In this document: positions 39,106-51,914 of the stretch, in pieces | How positions within the stretch are numbered: the stretch's first letter is position 1 | How the letters are laid out: every line of letters starts with the position of its first letter | Assembly (NCBI GenBank): GCA_951406725.2 | Contig: OX597824.1 | Span: 14,446,001-14,510,000, forward strand | Length of the DNA stretch: 64,000 nucleotides | DNA from: Octopus vulgaris | Taxonomy: Eukaryota | Direction: 5' to 3' | Notes under the pieces: generated by a model | What the model saw: the letters and a program-made list of their open reading frames with translations, nothing else | Told to the model about the DNA's origin: nothing | The model's database searches: none | Position numbers and translations under genes: made by a program

Positions 39106-39647
39106 ACTGCGGACGAAGTGGTAAGCCGGCTTGACCAGCACCGTCAGGCATGTTTCCGTTCAGCCATCGAGCCTCACTGTGGATCTTAGCTCAATGCGGC
39201 ACCATCACTCGCAACTGGCACTCAGCTTGTTAGAGGCTGTCTGCACATTGGCGTTTCCTTGAGGCTTGATTTCCAGATCTGTGAGCTTCATGAATGCCAC
39301 GGCAGATCCACAATGAATTCTTTCGGCCTCCACCCACTGTCCAGCCGTCATAATGCTAGCCGCCTCCCACGCTATGTCACTCTTAATAAGATCATAAAGT
39401 AGGGCCTACACGCCGCAGGCTTCCCTTTCCAGCTCGAGCCAGCGAGGTTAGACCGAGGGGATGGTAAAAGGCCGGACGGTATGACAATTTCCCCGTTCCA
39501 TCACGGTAAGCTTCTCATCTGGGATTTCGCATGCTGTGACACCTTCTCCAGCGGCAACTTGGTGCTGTCAGCTACCAGCCCAGGCTCCGCTGCTCGTCAG
39601 GCTGAGAAAAGCTGACTGTCAAGGTATCGGTCGCTCTCCAACAGGTT

Positions 39648-39875
39648 TGTAGCGTTGGTGGAATGCATCCGCGCTCTCTGAGATATGCAGTACAAATAAT
39701 GTCGTGGCAGATAAGTTAACTTTTGACCGCTATTTGGACCCTGTTGTGTCCACTACTCTGATTGGTTGGCATTGGCGCAGTTTGTCTCTTGACTTATTTC
39801 TTTGTAGGCGACTGTACGGCGTTTAAAAGGACACATTTCTGTCACCAACTCCTTTACATACGGTCGTTCACTACA
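39648..39875. mobile_element. Solo LTR (228 bp) inside the CRE fragment
   Basis: TGTAGCG...CACTACA inverted termini and a 4-bp TSD GGTT. It interrupts the RLE coding frame. Confidence 0.8.
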
Positions 39876-40360
39876 GGTTTATGGTTGAGCGCTCTTGGCC
39901 CCTGGACCGTATCCCTACTCACCGCTATCGGGGCAGAGATTGCTGTCCGCAAGTGCAAGTCCCGTGAGTCAGAGTGGCTGTTCCAGCGGCGCATTTCCAT
40001 CGCTATCCTTTTTGTCAGCTGGTGCCATGAGAAATGTCGAATTATGATAGAAGAAAGTGACCTTTATTTAGATTATTTGTTATTCTATTTACATTATCTC
40101 ACCACACAATACTATTACACGAAACAAAGAACCGAAGCTAAGGAATTCGGATTGTTAAGCAATATATATTTTCAAATATGTTATCAGTTTGAAAACACGA
40201 GACAGCGCATTACAAAAGCCCCAGTGATTATAACGTCACAACAAACACCATTTTTTTACATAATCATTTAACAGCCTGATTAAACAAACTGCTTTTCTGA
40301 AAAAATCATCATTTTCTGTCCCCTCCTATAATCCACAGTATCATTCTTGTGCATTGCTTA

Positions 40361-40921
40361 TGTAACGGCAGTGAACATCTTCTCTGCACTTTTCGGGTGC
40401 AGTTGGTGCAATCACTTTCCGTTGCTTTAATATCCAGATTCTACCAGTCAAAGAAACAACAAGACGCAAACGTAAAAAATATATATCTACTTTATTCTCT
40501 TATGACAGTAACAAATAAGTGATACATCTGGTTCCGTTTGGTATTGGGCGTGCAAGGCTGAACTTTAACGCATGTAGATTTTACTGTGTTCAGCCGCTAA
40601 AACAGAACTGGGGTCAAAATGGCGTCCGTAGGAAGAAGATGATGTCTGCAACAAATCCTGGTTAAAAGTCTTCGGCTAAAGGCTGCTGCTATATCGAATC
40701 CGGACAGAGAGAGAGAATACACGTCCTGTACCTTCGATAGCTGTGTCTCAAGTCACTGCCTACTGGACGCTGGTGGTCAACGTCCTACGCTCCTCTTGCC
40801 TCGCGGCTAAACTGCCACGTAGGCAAATGGTCCTTCTTCCGGTGGTGAAAGCACCAACCCCGCACGCGCGAAACAGAAATGGACGGTGCGCGAGCGCGGA
40901 CCGTTATATAGGATCACTACA
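40361..40921. mobile_element. Solo LTR (561 bp)
   Basis: TGTAAC...CACTACA termini, a 4-bp TSD CTTA on both sides, and a CpG-rich interior. Confidence 0.7.
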
Positions 40922-42276
40922 CTTAGTTTCTAGTGGAAGATCGAACGATCGGTTGCCAATTGATATTGTATAGGCAGTCTGGTAACCCACAACAGTCGTT
41001 TACCAATACACTAACTTCTGGCACATGCATTTTCATCCTTACTTTCACTACAATGACCTCTCTTCATCGGAGTTGTATTTTGTCGTGTCAGAGGAGTACG
41101 AGATGAGCCAGCTCCCAATGCGTTAAACCTTACTCATTTCTGACTTACATTCTATCAACTTTTGTATACTCGAAGGTTTGGTTATGTCTCTCACAACCCT
41201 CCTTCTATATATTAATAACCATCTTATTACTTCTAGCTACACCCATTCCAATTGCAAATGGATATAATTCTTTTCCGTTTGATTTCCAATTGGCTGTCAC
41301 AACTAAAACCGGCGTCTACCTTTCTGAACTAGCAATCTCCGTACCATCCACAAGACATACCCATATCTTTCCAAAATGTCACTCCTAAACCTCTAAATTC
41401 CACACCAGATGTAATTCCCTTCTCTACGTAATTTTCCATACCGACGCCGATCTACAGATGTTTAAACTAAACATTAACTACACTGGTCTCAATAGTCTGA
41501 GTCGCAGACGACCTATTAAGGTCATAGGCGTCGTCTTACCTACCTTGATTTACTGGAGGGAAAACAACTCCATCCGACATTCATGATGGAGGCTTAAATC
41601 CTAAGATAAATGCCTTCTATTTAATTAGGATTGTTAAAATATTTAATCTTTTTCTTCAATTATTCGGTCTGGTTGATCGAACTGACATGCCCAGTCATTC
41701 CAGTAATGGCCTTCCCAGCTTTTAGACATAGTGTATTTCTACATTATCTAATGAGCCGTCCCCCTTTTAAAGGGGATTGCCACATGTTAGGTATTTATAA
41801 AATAATTTTAGTTAAAATATATTTATACAAGATTAGATTACTAAAGAAAAAATATCCTGAATTTACTAAATTTATCATTAAAAATAAAACACGATGTGAT
41901 CTTTCGAGAAAGTATTTTTCGTTTCTTCTTTTTTTCAAAATCGATATATGACGGTCCGATTTAACTTGGTCTCTGACATATGCTAACATATATGCAGTAA
42001 CATGCCACAAAATTAAAGCGGCGAGCTGGCAGAAACGTTAGCACGCCGGGCGAAATGCGTAGCCGTATTTCGTCTGCCGTTACGTTCTGAGTTCAAATTC
42101 CGCCGAGGTTGACTTTGCCTTTCAGCCTTTCGGGGTCGATTAAATAAGTACCAGTTACGCATTGGAGTCGATATAATCGACTTAATTCGTGTGTCTGTCC
42201 TTGTTTGTCCCCTCTGTGTTTAGCCCCTTGTGGGTAGTAAAGAAATAGGTATTTCGTCTGCTGCTACGTTCTGAGT

Positions 42277-44103
42277 TGAAATTGATAATACTCTCATGCT
42301 GTTATTGGATGTCACTACCCAGAATTAAGTCAGTTCACAAGTTTCTGAGGACGTGTACGGTTTCTAGGGTTAGTGAAACAATGCAGTATCCATTGGATTC
42401 CGCAGAAAGAGATGCAGAAGCCATACCAATGCTTTTCTTCGATTTGACTGTTTTAATGTTGAGTATGTTCACCAGCTTCTCACTGATGACGCTCTTGTCA
42501 GTGCTACCGCCATCAATTAATGCTTCGACTTTGTAAGTATTGTTCAGTATAACCATCATGGAGGTTACACAGAATGGTGAACCTGCTGCTAAAGGTAGAT
42601 CATATTTATCATCTTTATGTGTCACAGTTGCTGCGTTTGTTTCAGTCATTTGACTGTGGCCATGCTGGAGCACCGCTTTTAGTCGAGCAAGTCGACCCCA
42701 GGACTTATTCTTTGTAAGCCTAGTACTTATTCTATCGGGACTCTTTTTGCCGAACCGCTAAGTCACGGGGACGTAAACACACTAGCATCGGTTGTCAAGT
42801 GATGTTGGGGGGATAAACACAGACACAAACATATGCATACATATATATACATATATACGACGGGCTTCTTTCAGTTTCCATCTACCAAATTCACTCACAA
42901 GGCTTTGGTCGGCCCGAGGCTATAGTAGAAGACACTTGTCCAAGGTGCGACGCAGTGGGACTGAACCCGGAACCATGTGGTTGGTAAGCAAGCTACTTAC
43001 TACACAGCCACTCCTGCGTCTACAAAGTTTTCCAATTCTTTTGCATTTGTGGCAGACTGCTTCCCGCGCAGGACAACGACTCCGCGGGTGTCTGAAATAG
43101 CCACAAAACCAACATTGAGAGGGTTTTCCTTTTTGGATTGCAAGGCGCAGGAGTGGCTGTGTGGTAAGTAGCTTGTTAACCAACCACATGGTTCGGGGCT
43201 CCGTCTCACTGCGTGGCACCTTGGGCAAGTGTCTTCTACTATAGCCTCGGGCCAACCAAAGCCTTGTGAGTGGATTTGGTAGACGGAAACTGAAAGAAGC
43301 CCGTCGTATATATGTATATATATATATATGCGTGTGTGTATTTGTGTGTCTGTGTTTGTCCCCTTAGCATTGCTTGACAACCGATGCTGGTGTGTTTATG
43401 TCCCCGTTACTTAGCGGTTCGGCAAAAGAGACCGATAGACTAAGTACTGGGCTTAGAAAAGAATAAGTCCCGGGGTCGAGTTGCTCGATTAAAGGCGGTG
43501 CTCCAGCATGGCCGCAGTCAAATGCCTGAAACAAGTAAAAGAGAGTGTTCTTTCTTCCGGCTTTGGAGAATCAATTGGCTCGGCTACGATGGGTGCCGTT
43601 GGACTGAAGTTGGCACACTCAGAGTTTGAAAGGACACCGGAACTCTGTTGCGCCACATCTAGCGAACATACTTAATCATAAGATGTACTGAGGTCGACAA
43701 TTTTGTTTTCTAATAGTCTTTGTTTTATCTGATTCGAACTGAATCCATTTATAAAAGCATCTGTCTTTCGCTAGTGTTTTGATTTCGTTTAAGAATTGGT
43801 CTAGAGATTCTCCCGGTTTCTGTCTTCTTGTGGCCAAAAGATGGCGTGCCATTATCATGTTCTTTGGTTTAATATACACACTCTTAAGTGTATTTACAAT
43901 TTGTTCATAGTTCTTAACTTCACTGATGAATTCGTATACATTCAGTTCCACATAATTAACCAAAAGATTGAGTTTATCGATAATACTACCTTCCTGCCCT
44001 GGTAGTGAGTCTATTAAGTTCTAAACCAATGATTAAAAGTCTCGTCAGCATTTGTGGAGTTTGGGTCGGCATTCAATCTGTTCGGTTTCAAGTATCTTTC
44101 CAT
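42277..44103 (-). mobile_element. Decayed Gypsy/Ty3 gag-protease relic interrupted by two SINE-A copies
   Basis: Gag start MERYLKPNRLNADPNS...NHWFRT* and YIKPKNMIMARHLLATRRQKPGESLDQFL. Zinc knuckle CWFCGYFRHPRSRCPAREAVCHKC. Aspartic protease ALIDGGSTDKSVIS...DLILGSD. Confidence 0.9.
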
Positions 44104-46292
44104 ATCTGGAAAAATTTGACAAGTCAGTCAGTCACCGGCCGACATTCGCTGACGATACATCGAAGAGGCCAGGGAACAGAAGAAAGAAGACATGCACTCA
44201 ACGCCAGAGCTGAAGACACCTCCGAAAGTGGTGGTGGTGGTGGGGGGGCACGTCAAAACGGTAGAGGAGTAGGGGCCGAAACCGGACGTGGTTCCTCCTG
44301 ATGATGTCTTGAGCTAACTGGATCCTATGAAGGAGCTGTTGTGGTAGCAGACCACGAAACACGGTTGTAATTCCTCCCCAATTCGTACTCATCTTTTCAT
44401 TAATTTCGTTCTCTGTAGATTATTCAACAACTTCTTCAAGATTTAGTAATTAGTTTCTTAGATTGTTATGAGTGACCAGTAATTCCTGACCCAAAGAAAC
44501 TGATTTCCAATCATAGTCCAAAACAGTAAAGTGTCATATAGTGTTATCCACGTTATTCTTGATTAAACGCATGTTATTCAAAATGGCCACTCTTCCTGAT
44601 CATCCAATACGCATGCCCTTTATGTCAAGGAAAATCACTGAAATCATAGCACAATTTGCATAACAGAGGCCAAAGGACTCAATGTTTTGTGGGGAGTGAG
44701 GCAGGTGTTAGAGTCAAGGCTTAGGGTTAAGGTTAGATTTATGGCTAGGGTTTACAGTTTAGGGTTAGGTTTGGGTTTACGGCTATGGTTTAAGATTTAT
44801 GTTTAATCAAAGATTGAATTTAGGCTTTAGGGATAGAAAAGGGTTTAGGATTAAGTTTAGAAGTGAGGCTGAAAACGATTCGAGCGTTTTATTGTTACTA
44901 ATAGGAAAAAGCCTGATCGCTTAAGAACAGAGAGGACTTGAAAACTATAATCATGTTGAAATTACCCTGCGCATGACCTTGCAAAATGATGTTCTCTGAA
45001 TACATACTTACGTGCGTGCTTGCGTGCTTGCGTGCGTGTAAAATGGGAACAACCATGTAATTGTTTTCAACTGAGAGTTCTTGGACAAAAAAAAAAACTC
45101 AAACTTGCACACAAGTACACAGAACGAATATGGCACTTTTCTGTAACATGATTGAAATTTTAGATAGACTTACAATTTCAGATGAATATTTAAATTCCAA
45201 CACCTTACTATTTCACGAGTTCAAAGCTGACATTTTCTAAGTGACATAAATTCGCTTTAATTTTCCCATAACAACGAAATTCTGATTATAAGATTTAAGC
45301 AGCAGCAAGTATGACGTCACAATCAACGTAGAAACAACAATAGCAATCAACGCCATTTTGATACCATCATTCAACAGTCTGTTTAAACAAATTGTCTTCC
45401 TATAAATCTCTCCCTTTCTGAATTTACTAATCCCAGGTTACTGCAAAATCATGATGGCTTTTCGAAGTTTGTGAAACCTGTGGGAATTCAGCGTTTGTAG
45501 ATTTTCGTTAAAAAGGTTGTTGGAAGTGTAACATCTCGAACTTGAAACAACAATAATAATAATAATGATAAATTTATTACATACACTGCTTTGGTGCACA
45601 ATTTTTCAGGAAAGGGTAAAAGAGAATACAGGAAGCAGCGTGAAGACAAGGAAAGGAAGCCAAAGGTGCATGCAGAATACACAGGATAAAACACAGCAAG
45701 AGAAGAAAATGAATAACAAAAGACCAAAAAAATGTGTGTAGATAGAGCAGGAGTAATGTTGGACGATTGCGGGAAGTATGGAGATGTTCAAAGATACAGT
45801 GTCCTGACAGTTAACTATTGACGCGGGGAGTTTATTCTATGATTCAAAGAATTCTGAACGTAAAATATTTCCTAAGTCATGGACGCTGCACTTTTATTTT
45901 TTCTTTCTGTTTTATAAACGTGACTGCATGTGGCGGAAGACGTTGGATTCGAGCTATACCTACACAAGTGTGCTCCCTCCCGACTTTGTAACCTCATAAC
46001 TTTCAGAAAAATGGCATGTAATTGTTTACAAATACTCGTCAAGTGGTGTAGATTCCGATAATGTCGGAATTTAATGTGGAAAACAAAAAGAAAAAAGAGA
46101 AAATTGGTGGGCACGCGCACACATACTGACACATATCACATTTCGGTAACATTTCTTGGATCTTTTCAAAAGTTATCGTTAGGCCTAACTCATCGTAAAG
46201 TCAATACCACCATGACCGATATCCAAACTACAGTGGAGAAGGCTAGCCACTTGATTTGGTTAAAAAGAGACGATGAGTGATGGCTAGAAGAA

Positions 46293-46698
46293 GGATATTT
46301 TCGGTTTGAACGGCAGTTTTTCTAGCGGTGTCATATCAAATTGTCACTCATAATTATGACCCTAGTATCGATCTATTGCATTTCAATGTGTTTTAGGGTT
46401 AGGGTTAGGGGTATCTTTTTTTCTTCAGAAATGTAAATAAACCCAATCTGTTTCTTAAACGAGGGACAAATTCATACGGCACAGAATGTTTTCACCTCAA
46501 TAGACGTCATTGATTGGTTGAAATTGCAGAAATTGAAGAAAAAAACCCAACAAATATCTTACAAACTATAGAATTTTCTTAATAAAGCCAAGAGAAAAAG
46601 ATGTTTTATAAACACATTCTACCAGTGTACGAAGTTTAAAAGTGTTTAGTTACCTAGAAATTATGTTAAAAAAACTGCCGTTCAAACCGAAAAGATCC
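46293..46698. mobile_element. Second copy of the GG-ended MITE at 11593
   Basis: TIRs GGATATTTTCGGTTTGAACGGCAG and CTGCCGTTCAAACCGAAAAGATCC. The interior is the reverse complement of 11593-12008, and no TSD is visible. Confidence 0.85.
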
Positions 46699-48083
46699 GA
46701 ATATTGAGCTTTCTTTGATAACCAGCTGATCTAGCAAGCGGGGCCTCATATCAGTGAGGGGGCCGGTGCACATTGATGGCGTCGAGAGGTAGGCCCCGAA
46801 ACGACGCGCATTCTCTCCTGGTGACCCCATAACTTGCTGGCTTCCGGTATGCGGAGTTTTTGACTGGTAGCACTTGGATGTGCAAGTTGTTTGCAAGACA
46901 TGTCTCATTTTGTAGATATATGTGATGTGTGTTTGTATGTGTGCACGCCCAACATTTTTTCCCCACATTAAATTCAGATATAATGGTAATCTACTCCAGC
47001 TGAGAATAATATATTTTTATTTATTTAAAAAGTACCTAGTTTTGAAATTTGGAGGCACACTTGTGTAGGAACGCAGAATTCAAAATGGTTGCTTTAAGGT
47101 TCGTGGAAATAAAGTTCGTGGGCCTCTTCCAAGTTACCTGCTCGATGTCGAAGTTTTGCCAGGAAGGCAAAACGTACAAGATATGATAAGCGGTTGACAG
47201 AGGCCGTTCGTCTAAATTACACGCCTCTGGACAGCTTCAAGTGGATTGATATTCTGAACAAAATGGTGTTCCAGACTGGAGATGCAAATTGTAGACGTAC
47301 TGGAGTCACATACAGCTTTAAGTAGAAAGCCAAGGAATGGCTAGATTAAAGATTTCAGGCTGTCTTCGAATTTGCTCCATGTTTTTTTTTTTCTTTATAG
47401 GCATTAGGAAATGTGGCTGCTATTTCTAGCAGGACGAGAGAATAAATACAAGCTCCACCGTTAGCTTGCTGGCTAGCCGTTCCTAGTCCTTATTGTTTAG
47501 CCCCAGGTCGGCTCTAATCGAGCAGAGCTATGATCATAGATGTTCAAGCAAAAGATCAGCCCGTCTTTTTTATATATCAAGGACCAGACGTGTCTATCCT
47601 CGTGGGTTTTTTTGTTTTTTTTTTATCATTAAGAGGGAGTGAGCGGAGGGACTTTCGTTGCCGCTATTTCTAATACTTGGAGCACACACAGGTTCCTTCC
47701 CTTCGTGTGTTGGATAGTTCCTATGGATAGCCTGAGAAATCCGTGAATCTAGTAGAATAAGGGAAACAACTTTGAAGGATTCCTCTTTACAGCAAAATAT
47801 CCACAGCGCATTTTCAGAGTTTATATTGAAACTCATGTCTCGGATTCCAAATAAGATAGCAAAAAAAAAAAAAAAAAATTACACGCATACCTCTCTCTAT
47901 GTATCTATGCTTGTTTGTAAGTATGTATGTTTATATATATATATAACAAAATTAGAAAATGGAGAAACATACTTAAATCAATCAAACATCAACCAGCAGA
48001 TGATACCCAATCAATACTTTATTACACCATTACATAACAGTAAAGGCATTATACATGGTGGGTTGAATTTTCAACCCCTATCT

Positions 48084-48114
<31 letters not shown>

Positions 48115-48312
48115 ATCAATTTAAATATACAACCGAAAGAGCTATTAATAGTTTCATACTTTTATGATACTTAAACAGGTATATTTATAAAATAGCCATG
48201 TATCTCCAAGCAATCTTTCAGGCTCTCTAAGAGGTTATATATATTTTAAAAAGCAAAGATGCTAGACAGTGAGGAAAAAAAATGTGGAGAATGCAAAAAA
48301 AAAATGGAACGA

Positions 48313-48401
<89 letters not shown>

Positions 48402-50732
48402 TCGGACTCCCGTGATAGCTATTCCTTAGAATCTCATACCATATTTGGTTAACAGAAGTAACAACGGTGAGCTAGCAATACATTAAGATCCATAAGTGAT
48501 GAAACGGACCCGTCCCCTATTCTTTGTACAATGTACACAAAACAGTGCCCTACGTAATTTAACAACTTGTGTACAGGCTTCACGCACAGGACTTCTCCAC
48601 AATGTAACAAAAATACTAAGAATGGAAGACCATCTATATCTATATATGCTCGAAACAGTTAAATTTAATCTCCAGAGTCCTTACCCAAACATGAAAAACC
48701 CAGTTTCAAACACTGAGACATATATACAACTATAATATCCTTAAAGCATCTTTCCCCACATGATTCGCTAAATACCGCAATACAGAGTCACAGTCCAATA
48801 TTTACAGATAGCAACAAAACCTGCCGCTTCAAGTATGTCACCCACGTACTGATTTTCGAATCTTCCAAAGTTTAACTTATCTAAATTAGCCCATTAGCGG
48901 TAATAGATGACTATTACTGCTAGATCGAGCCCCGATCTCCCTAGAGATTAATCATACTGGTGAAGAAAAGCAATCTCTCCCGTTTTGTCAGCTACCATCT
49001 TATCCTTACGTTCACAATTTCTAAGACGTCGTTGAAAATCCTAAAACAATCGTAGCACACAAACATTTTCTATTCCCCATAGCTACCAGTGGAAGAGCGA
49101 CCTTTTGTCCCGCATCACACGAATCCAGGTAAAAAAAAAAAATCACAGGAATAAAAGTCACAGGGGTTTTGTCCGGAACCTATAAATTAATTGTGACTTT
49201 TTTTCCAGTAACTTTATTACCGGCCACTATAACTTAATTGTGACTTTATTACTGTGATTATTCATTGAAAACTTTGGGATAAAGCTAAGGTGAATTTACT
49301 GACAATGATACACGGCAATAGGCTTCATTTATCATTGCTTTAGTGAATTAAATTGAATTTGGAGAGTAACGGGAAATCTAGTCTAGATCCGTTCTACTAA
49401 TCTTTCGATCCATCACATTGGCATATTCCTCTTCGAGTGTTTCTTTTAATTGCATTGTATCTATGTTGGAAACGAAAGTGTTTTCTTGTCTATCAGCTGA
49501 TCAATCAATAAAGTTCATCTCGACCTTTCGCAACTTCTGTCGCATAGTTGATCCTCTCGGCTACTAATATATAAGACAAGGAAAAGTCTTTCTAAAAGTC
49601 GCGTCCTATTTTTACGTCAGCGACATAGCAACGGGGAATAGCATCACCACCATTGCCACATCAATACGACGGCACCAGCGAGAAACCATCGCCACTAAGT
49701 TTGGAGGAGGAGATTAATCGACAGCATTGACCCTAATACGTCACCTTATCGACCACAGGGAGATGAAAGGTAGAGCTGACCTCGGCGGAATTTGAACTCA
49801 AAAAGTAGACATTCGGAAGAAATACCGCAAAAGCATTTTGTCCGACGCGCTAACGATTCTACCAACCACTAACCCTCATTTTTGTGCATACGATAGACGG
49901 GCAAGAAAGCAAAATAAACAAACTTAAAGTCGTTAATAAATCAGCAATATCGAATATAGAACTTCATTTTTTACGAGGTATCTCATATCTTTCATTTAGC
50001 ACTAGCTGTGTTTTCGAACATAATAGAAATATACTTTACACATACACGTACACACACCTATATATGTGTGTGTGTGCTTGTTTAGAAGTCCACACATTCA
50101 TTCATAAATATCTATTTACTTACACTTACTCACTATAGATCATTCTCTCTTTTTCTCACACGTCACTTTTGCTCTTCCTTCTCCTCCTTAAACTAATACA
50201 AACACTTCATATCACCCCCCCACACACACACACATATACATACATATACACTTCGGCTTATACACACACATGTACACATACATACACACACATCTGTGTT
50301 GTGTGACGTAAATGAATTTTTTTTTTTAACGGAAAATTTAAATCTTTCTTAAATTATCATTTGAAGCTTTCAAGGTTTTATGTATCACAAAATATTGTCT
50401 GTCCAGTAAGAAGCGAGAATTTGGAAAGTTTGTGAAAATATAATCGAAAACCCTCATGGAAACGTTATTAACCCTATCCGATGACTGATATACCCACATG
50501 CATATTTTCTTGATCTCTCCATTTTAGCATCGTTTTACAGCAATTTCGTCATTAAATTATTGTTACAAATCGCTAGGAACTGTGATATTTCCTTTAAAAG
50601 AAACCAGTTTCATTGAAGATTCCTCCTGTTTTTTTTAATTTTTACGTTGTATATAAATATGATCAACCAGAAAGACCGCTCGAAGAAGACATTTTAATAA
50701 TATCCAATGATTTTGTTTGAATAGTTAAAAGG

Positions 50733-51914
50733 ATGAAATCAAATGAAAATCGAGGTTGCCAAATTCCCTGTGCCGATGAGGATTTTTATTCAGATTGTAG
50801 CGATAGTGGTGGATCTTGTTACAGAACTCCATTGAACACTCCAAGAAATCAACACTCTCAGATTCGAAGACAGCCGTCTAGTGACCTTAATTTAGTCAGT
50901 ATGCAGTGTTGTGACGATAGTTGCTGTTGCTGTGTTGCTTCACAGAGGGACAGGATGATATTGAGTCCAAAGTATTTCCATTCCCAAATCAGTGTTAAAG
51001 AATTAGTAAAATATTTTAACTGTCTTCAAAACCGAGATAGCAATATCCAGACGCTGACTGGAAGATTTTCCAACAGAACCATGCATTCTCCAAATCCTTC
51101 AAATTGGAATACATATACACGGAATAGTAATCTAACCAGGGAATGTTACAAAATTCAGGGTAACTGTGGTGTTGGTAACGAAGCCGGAATAAATCTTTCA
51201 GAAAATGTGAAAGCCGATGAAGATCGGTTTCGAAATGTTTGTGTCGTTCGCCGAAAGAAGAAACCTCCCAGACAACACGGAATTCAAAGGACAGATGTAG
51301 CTACTGCCGATCTTAACCAAAAGAAACAATGTTATGACTGTTCACCTACCAAAGGTGAATGCACCATGCAAGGGACCGAAATATTTGATACAAACAACGA
51401 TGATACTTTATTGTGCAAAAATAATACTACGGCCGATGTTAGCAACTGCAAGGTTTCATCGGTTACGGGGGGAAGCAATACCAAGTTGTCCTCCACCGAA
51501 GATCGTTATGTGAGTAAAGAAAAGCGCCGTGTATGGGGTCCTTCTGGTGCACGGTTGAGAAACGTCAAAAACCTTTCTAATGTCGAATGCAACGATACGA
51601 TTTTCAGTTGGAGAAACAGCAAACATAAAACCTACAATGACAACAATCCCAAAACTGACAAAGAATCACGAGATAGCAAAGAGTTGATACCATCGTCAGG
51701 AAGCTCGGTGATGTGCGCCTCAAACGGGAAATACTCCAGCGATAAACCACACCTAGCGTTACCCAAGAAACACCACCGTTCCAAAACCATGTCTATAGTT
51801 GTGGACATCAACTTCGGTCACTCAGGTGAACGCCTTGGATCAATTCCAATGCATTTCAAGGCCGATCGGAAGAGGAATGTCTTGAAACAGTCCATCTCCA
51901 TCCCGTTCATCTAA
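50733..51914 (+). CDS. Uncharacterised 393-aa Ser/Asn/Cys/Lys-rich protein (no recognised domain)
   Basis: A 1182-nt uninterrupted, non-repetitive ORF in AT-rich DNA that is free of the local TEs. A possible acceptor TTTTGTTTGAATAG lies at 50724, and AATAAA signals lie at about 52141 and 52185. Confidence 0.7.
   Translation: MKSNENRGCQIPCADEDFYSDCSDSGGSCYRTPLNTPRNQHSQIRRQPSSDLNLVSMQCCDDSCCCCVASQRDRMILSPKYFHSQISVKELVKYFNCLQNRDSNIQTLTGRFSNRTMHSPNPSNWNTYTRNSNLTRECYKIQGNCGVGNEAGINLSENVKADEDRFRNVCVVRRKKKPPRQHGIQRTDVATADLNQKKQCYDCSPTKGECTMQGTEIFDTNNDDTLLCKNNTTADVSNCKVSSVTGGSNTKLSSTEDRYVSKEKRRVWGPSGARLRNVKNLSNVECNDTIFSWRNSKHKTYNDNNPKTDKESRDSKELIPSSGSSVMCASNGKYSSDKPHLALPKKHHRSKTMSIVVDINFGHSGERLGSIPMHFKADRKRNVLKQSISIPFI

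Larger units (their letters stand above)
38737..40030 (+). mobile_element. 5'-truncated, decayed CRE-type non-LTR retrotransposon (restriction-like endonuclease C-terminus)
   Basis: After removing two insertions it reads PAFLSSV...GS*LNAAPS...LHIGVSLRLDFQICELHEC...FGLHPLS...LEPARLDRGDGKRPDGMTISPFHHGKLLIWDFACCDT...GSAARQAE...LGP...RESEWLFQRRISIAI. These are the zinc-knuckle and PD-(D/E)xK RLE motifs of CRE-clade elements. Confidence 0.85.

Noticed and set aside
39762-40271. 169-aa ORF
   Set aside because: It is a chimera of solo LTR, CRE C-terminus and AT-rich flank.
41100-41560. Possible decayed LINE endonuclease start on the - strand (ISICNWNG-like)
   Set aside because: Too degenerate to support by eye.
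44715-44860. TTAGGG-like repeats suggesting an interstitial telomere
   Set aside because: Highly degenerate and short. Similar CCCTAA motifs occur inside local MITEs (about 11897, 17500 and 46395).
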